Below are positions 59,201 to 64,000 of a stretch of 64,000 nucleotides of DNA, piece after piece. A program made the position numbers and the translations under genes. The notes below the pieces were generated by a model that was given only the letters and a program-made list of their open reading frames with translations, was not told where the DNA came from and did not search any database. Numbering within the stretch: position 1 is the stretch's first letter; each line of letters begins with the position of its first letter. The stretch comes from Myxococcota bacterium (lineage in GTDB: Bacteria > Myxococcota_A > SURF-8 > G963663525): contig CAXXVK010000043.1 of NCBI GenBank assembly GCA_963676915.2, forward strand, positions 32,001-96,000, written 5' to 3'.

Positions 59201-62200
59201 CACGATCCGAATGCAGAAGATCGTGACTACGGCGTGTTCCGTGCCGATTACGATCCAGAAAGTTCAACGCCCTACAATGGTCGTTACCAGCCGGTCAGTG
59301 GATTTTTCGATGACTTCTCTGACGGGAATTTCTCCGAAAGCCCGTCCTGGAGTATGAACGGAAACTCGCAGTCGCTTTCCTACTGGTCTGCCTCGAATCA
59401 ATATCTCTCCTTTGATACGGAAGGTGGGACATATTACAACGATCACCCCATTGCTTATCCCAACCTGACGACATCTCGTGCGAATTGCGATACGGACGAT
59501 GATTGCTCCGAGGGCTATGAATGCTCGATCTACAATCGCTGCATTCCCATTGGTTATCAACCGGGGTTGATGGAAAAATGCTCGCCGGGTCTGTACGATT
59601 GTCAGCAAGCGCTTGAATGCAAAGACCTGAATGGTGTGTCTCGTTGTCTGACGGACAACTACATGTTCAGTTTCGGTTTCCTGCGGGATGGCAACGAAGA
59701 TGATGGTGGTTTGCAGATCGTCTTCAGTTGGTTGGGGCGTCAAGTGGTGTGGGAATTGCACCAGGAGCATCCGGCGGATAGCGGTATTTTCGAAAACCGT
59801 CTCTATGGTGTGAAAAAACTGGGCGTATCGGACTATTACCATGTGGAAGATCGATACCGGACCGATCAGGATGCCTTCGGCATTATTCCTCTCAACGACT
59901 GGATGACCGTCAAGATCCGTGTGGCGGGAGATAGTGCCTATGGTTATGTCGACGACCGGCTTTTCTGGCAGGTGGAAGACGCGTTGGCCTGCGTTGGAGG
60001 AACCTGTTCCTCGACTGGTGATTGCATCGCTTCTGTTGGAAGTGACTACGTGTGTGATGGTGGCGTGTGTGTGGGACACGGTTTGTGCGATACGGACAAT
60101 TTCTCCTGCACGGAAACCGGATATGCCTGCGAACCGCAAATTTTCGACAAAGCTTGGGCGGATAACGATCATAAGAGCGTGTTGAGTTGGTTCACCTCAA
60201 CGGGCTATGCCGAAACCTATCCGGTTGGTATTGCCGTAGACGATGCTACGGTTCGTATCGATAACGTCGAGTTCACACCGTTTTCCAACGATCAGATGGT
60301 TCCCGGAAGTTCAACGGACCTGAGGTACTATTACGAAGACGTTACCGCAATCGACCAGTCGACTCCGAATGCTCCGACATTCACCTACGGTGGGTTGGAT
60401 TCGGTGGTTAACGAAAGCGGCGATGCTCTTGGAATCAAGGTCGCTTGGGATGACAATGGAGACAAGGGAACCGATTATTATTACTACGTTATCGGGTACG
60501 ATTACACCGGTAACGAGAGCAACCTCCTTAGCAATATGGGCTTGGAAAAAGGTGAAGTTGTCCAGTACAACAATGGAGCGGCGAATGATTTGACGCTCCA
60601 AGATCTTTCCTGTTTCTCCGGTCAGTATTGCGCCAAAGCCGCCATTAGTGGAGGAGGTTATTACGGTCGATATCTTATCGACAACAACGCCGGGGATACT
60701 CTGTCATTGGCAGATTCCACCGACCCGCTGTTGATTCTTTCTCGTTACTATCAAGTTCCGTTGTCGGGAAGCCAATGGGCCAATCCTGGCTTGATCTCTG
60801 TCCAGTACACCTCCGGCACCGTGAAAACTCCTGATGATGCCACCATCGTCTATGCTACGGGTGACCGCTGGGATCGTCTCTGGACCGGTGTGGAGATCAA
60901 TCCCTCTCAGCCCATCGACACCGTGGAAATTGCTACCTATGCGTTCGATGGCGCTTCTTTGAATATGTCGCTCGACGATAACCGGCTGCATAAAGCTGTC
61001 AAAGGATCGTTGATTTCTGGAACGTATTCGTATCCGACTTTGGGACGTCTTCAAGGTGACGATGCCTGCCGGGACAATTGGAGTTTCGGTACGACGGTGG
61101 AATACGTGGATGGGACGACATCCTATTCCTGGACGCCAAACGGTTTCGAGCCGAACGCCGGTTTTGCCAGCCGAGTACGTGCTTGCGATGCCCGGTCGAA
61201 CTGTTCGGAATGGGTTGGACGAAACGATTGTACCGGACCGACGGATTGTTACGTGGCTGCTGACGAAATCTGCAAGAATTTCGGGAACAGTGTTGTGCAA
61301 TGCGAATACCGAAGCCTTGAAACCACGACCTATTGCAATCCGGATTGTCCTGTAATTCCTGCCGATTGTGTGGAGTGTGCTTACGATACGACGGGATGTT
61401 TCTCAGACCCATCCTATCCCGATTGCAGAGCCGACGATTTCTGTGCCAATTGCGCACCCGAATGTCAATCGGCATCCTTGAACTGTGCAACTTGTCCGAA
61501 GGATTGTATTTCCACCGACCACGAGACGCTGGAGTGTATGCCGGGTATCACGAAGTTCAACTTCTCCGTAACTCCTCCGATGCCTCAGTTGTATCAGGTG
61601 TCGGGTGAAAATCCGGGTCTGCGATTGAGCTTCGAAGGGGCACCCCCATGGCCGGGCGGTGGAAAAGAAAACTCATTGAATACACTGTATCGTGTGCAGG
61701 TGTGGGAACTGGACACTGAAATCGATGATTGCAACGAAGCGCCTTCCGGAACCGGAGATCCTACGGAACTATACATTCACAATCCAAACCAAAGCGATTC
61801 GGCCATCGATGTGGCGTGTACTTCCGGCAATGACGAGGAATGCTGGGATGTGGATCGGGTTTGGGAGCTTACCGGCGATACCATCAACGATAAAAAATAC
61901 TATTGTATGCGCGTACAAGCCCGCAACGAAGAAGGTGAGCCAAGCGTAACGAGCCGATGTGTTGCAAATGCTTGTTCGAGTAGCTCGGAATGTTCTGCCG
62001 GGTACGCTTGTGATGCTTCTTTAGGAAAATGTGTGGGACATGATTCCTGCTCTGGAGAAGGTTCTTGCGGTGGTACGGAAGTATGCACCGTCGGAGCGTT
62101 CTGGTCGCCTTGGAGTAACGTAACTCGTACCAATGCTGCACCTAGCCTGAAGCCGGGAAGCACGTTGAAGGTCACTACGGGAACCGCCGTGACTTCTGAT

Positions 62201-64000
62201 GCGGATGAACGTGTCAACTATCCCGTCTTGCGCACCAACGGTGCGAATGGACAGCTAGCCACCGAAAAGGGTGATCGCCAGCGGGTCACACTTAGCCTCG
62301 TGGATGCCAATGGCTCCCAGGATATCGAAAAAGTTCAGATCAAGATCGGTACCGGCATCGATTGTATCGGTGATACCTGTTCGGTGGAGAATCCTCGCGG
62401 TTGGTTCGTTTGGGAACGCAACCCCGAACCGCCTACCGTCGGATGCAGCGCGCCGCAGCCGTTCCACGAAGCGGTCAGCGTCGATGCGATGAACGGATGT
62501 GCCGAGACGCCACTGAGTGGCAACCAATTGGTAGAGTTGATCGAAGAAGAATGCTTCGTAGAGGACAACGATTCCATCCTGGACATGCGTTTCACCTGGG
62601 TTCTCGACGGAAGCTATGGAGACGTGCAGGACAACAAGATCTATTTATGGTTCATAGACTCTCAGGGGAACAAGATCAGCTGGGCCACTCCTGAGAACCA
62701 GCATGACGATGCCCTGACGGAACGTTTCCATGTCTCGACCAGACCGTATGAACCGGCTGCTTTGAGCGCGGACAAAATGTGGACCAACTGGCAGTTGCTG
62801 GGTGAAAAGAACAATCTTTACAATCAGCATATCGGTCAGTCGGTGTTCCAGCCTACGGCTTTGAGCTTGAGCGATTTGAACATTAAAGCCCAGGACAACA
62901 TTTTCGACAACGGTGACCAGGTTGAGTTCAAGTTCTACTTTGCCAAGTTACCGACGGAAACCTGGGGTTACTACGAAGACCTTGCCGAATTGAACTGCAC
63001 GGATTACCCGACGGTTCACGAAACCGACTGGGTGCCTGCTGCCAAGACATATTTCGGCGTTTCCTGTCATTCGGACGCTGATTGTGCGACGGGAGCGACC
63101 TGCAATGTCGAGGATACGAGTGCTTGTATCGGCGGTGATTCCTGCTACGACAACAGTTCGTGTATAGGAAGTGCGTCGGCTTCGGCTTGCGAAGACACCA
63201 GCCGCTGCGTGGGTGAAAACGTTTGTACGGAGAACGACGATTGCGACGTGGACAACGGATACTATTGCGATACTGGAATCAATCGCTGCGTTGGTGAACA
63301 TAAATGTAGCAAAACCAGTACGGACATCTGCCCGCCGGCGTTCTTCTGCGAAGTATCGGATGACTGCTCGCTTCCGGGATATTCCTGCAACCTCGACACG
63401 TTACGATGCGAAGGGTTCCGCCAGTGCAGCGGTCTGGAACCGGACTGTCCTGAAAACTACAACTGCATTGTCGAGCAAAACTGCCCCGAAGCCGGGTACC
63501 TGTGTGACAACGAGTTGGGCAAGTGCGTGGGTGTTGGCGAGTGCAGCGTATCCGATCCAAGTTGTCCCGAAAATTATTATTGCGAAGTCAGCGAGGGTGG
63601 CACCTGCTCGGGTGGTTGTCACGAAAGTAGCGACTGCCCCGGCAATTACGATTGCAGCGTGCAGGACACCAGCGCTTGTTGGGGCGGACCGATCTGCGAA
63701 GATTTGAGCGTTTGCGTCCAGGAAGCGGCCAGCGGCGTTTGCAGTACCGATATCGATTGTGAAAACCAGTTCGGTGCTGGATACGGCTGCGATATCGTGG
63801 TGTCCCACTGCGTAGGTTCCAACCAATGTAGTATCGCCGATCCGAGTTCTTGTCCCTCGGGATACAATTGTGTGACCGATGAGGAACAAAGTTACTGCCT
63901 AGGTGATGCGGACGGTCTGGTTTGCGCTACAGACGGTAATTGCCCTGAGGATTACTACTGTGATACCGCAGCTTCACGTTGCCGTGGCGATGGCGAGTGC
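53221..64000 (+). CDS. Giant secreted Gly-rich/Cys-rich mosaic protein (>3590 codons, runs off the window); frame break at G8 53569-53576
   Basis: AGGTGA RBS, ATG 53221 and signal peptide ...QPAWG|EC. The frame starting at 53576 reads without a stop to 64000 (Gly-rich, WTG..WENPSNW, FN3/LamG-like segments, dense Cys repeats). Absent from the ORF track because it has no stop in the window. Confidence 0.85.

Noticed and set aside
54065-63889. Many 60-300 aa ORFs on the minus strand and in alternative plus frames
   Set aside because: Shadows of the single giant open plus-strand frame.

Overview
Bacterial chromosomal window of about 50% GC, most consistent with a Myxococcota-like deltaproteobacterium. 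That inference rests on AgmX/PglI-type domains, MYXO-CTERM-like C-terminal anchors and many Cys-rich secreted proteins. In order, it holds: the tail of a Wsp-like chemosensory locus (cheB plus a four-receiver hybrid kinase); a secreted-enzyme group (GH15-like hydrolase, lipoprotein, beta-propeller/phosphoesterase) interrupted by a 180-bp hairpin MITE-like element; a complete corrinoid-dependent methyltransferase cluster with its own GntR plus corrinoid-protein module; a 4229-aa repeat adhesin; housekeeping-type genes (ThiE/TenI-like, Nudix, EF-G2, BtuF-like, OCD, SlyD); several Cys-rich exported proteins; an AgmX-TPR-AddA-like operon; and amgK-murU. It ends with a giant (>3590 codon) secreted Gly/Cys-rich gene that the ORF track misses because it is split at a G8 run and runs off the window end. 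Five +1 frameshifts occur in three genes and probably include sequencing errors. No rRNA, tRNA, CRISPR array or transposase was seen.
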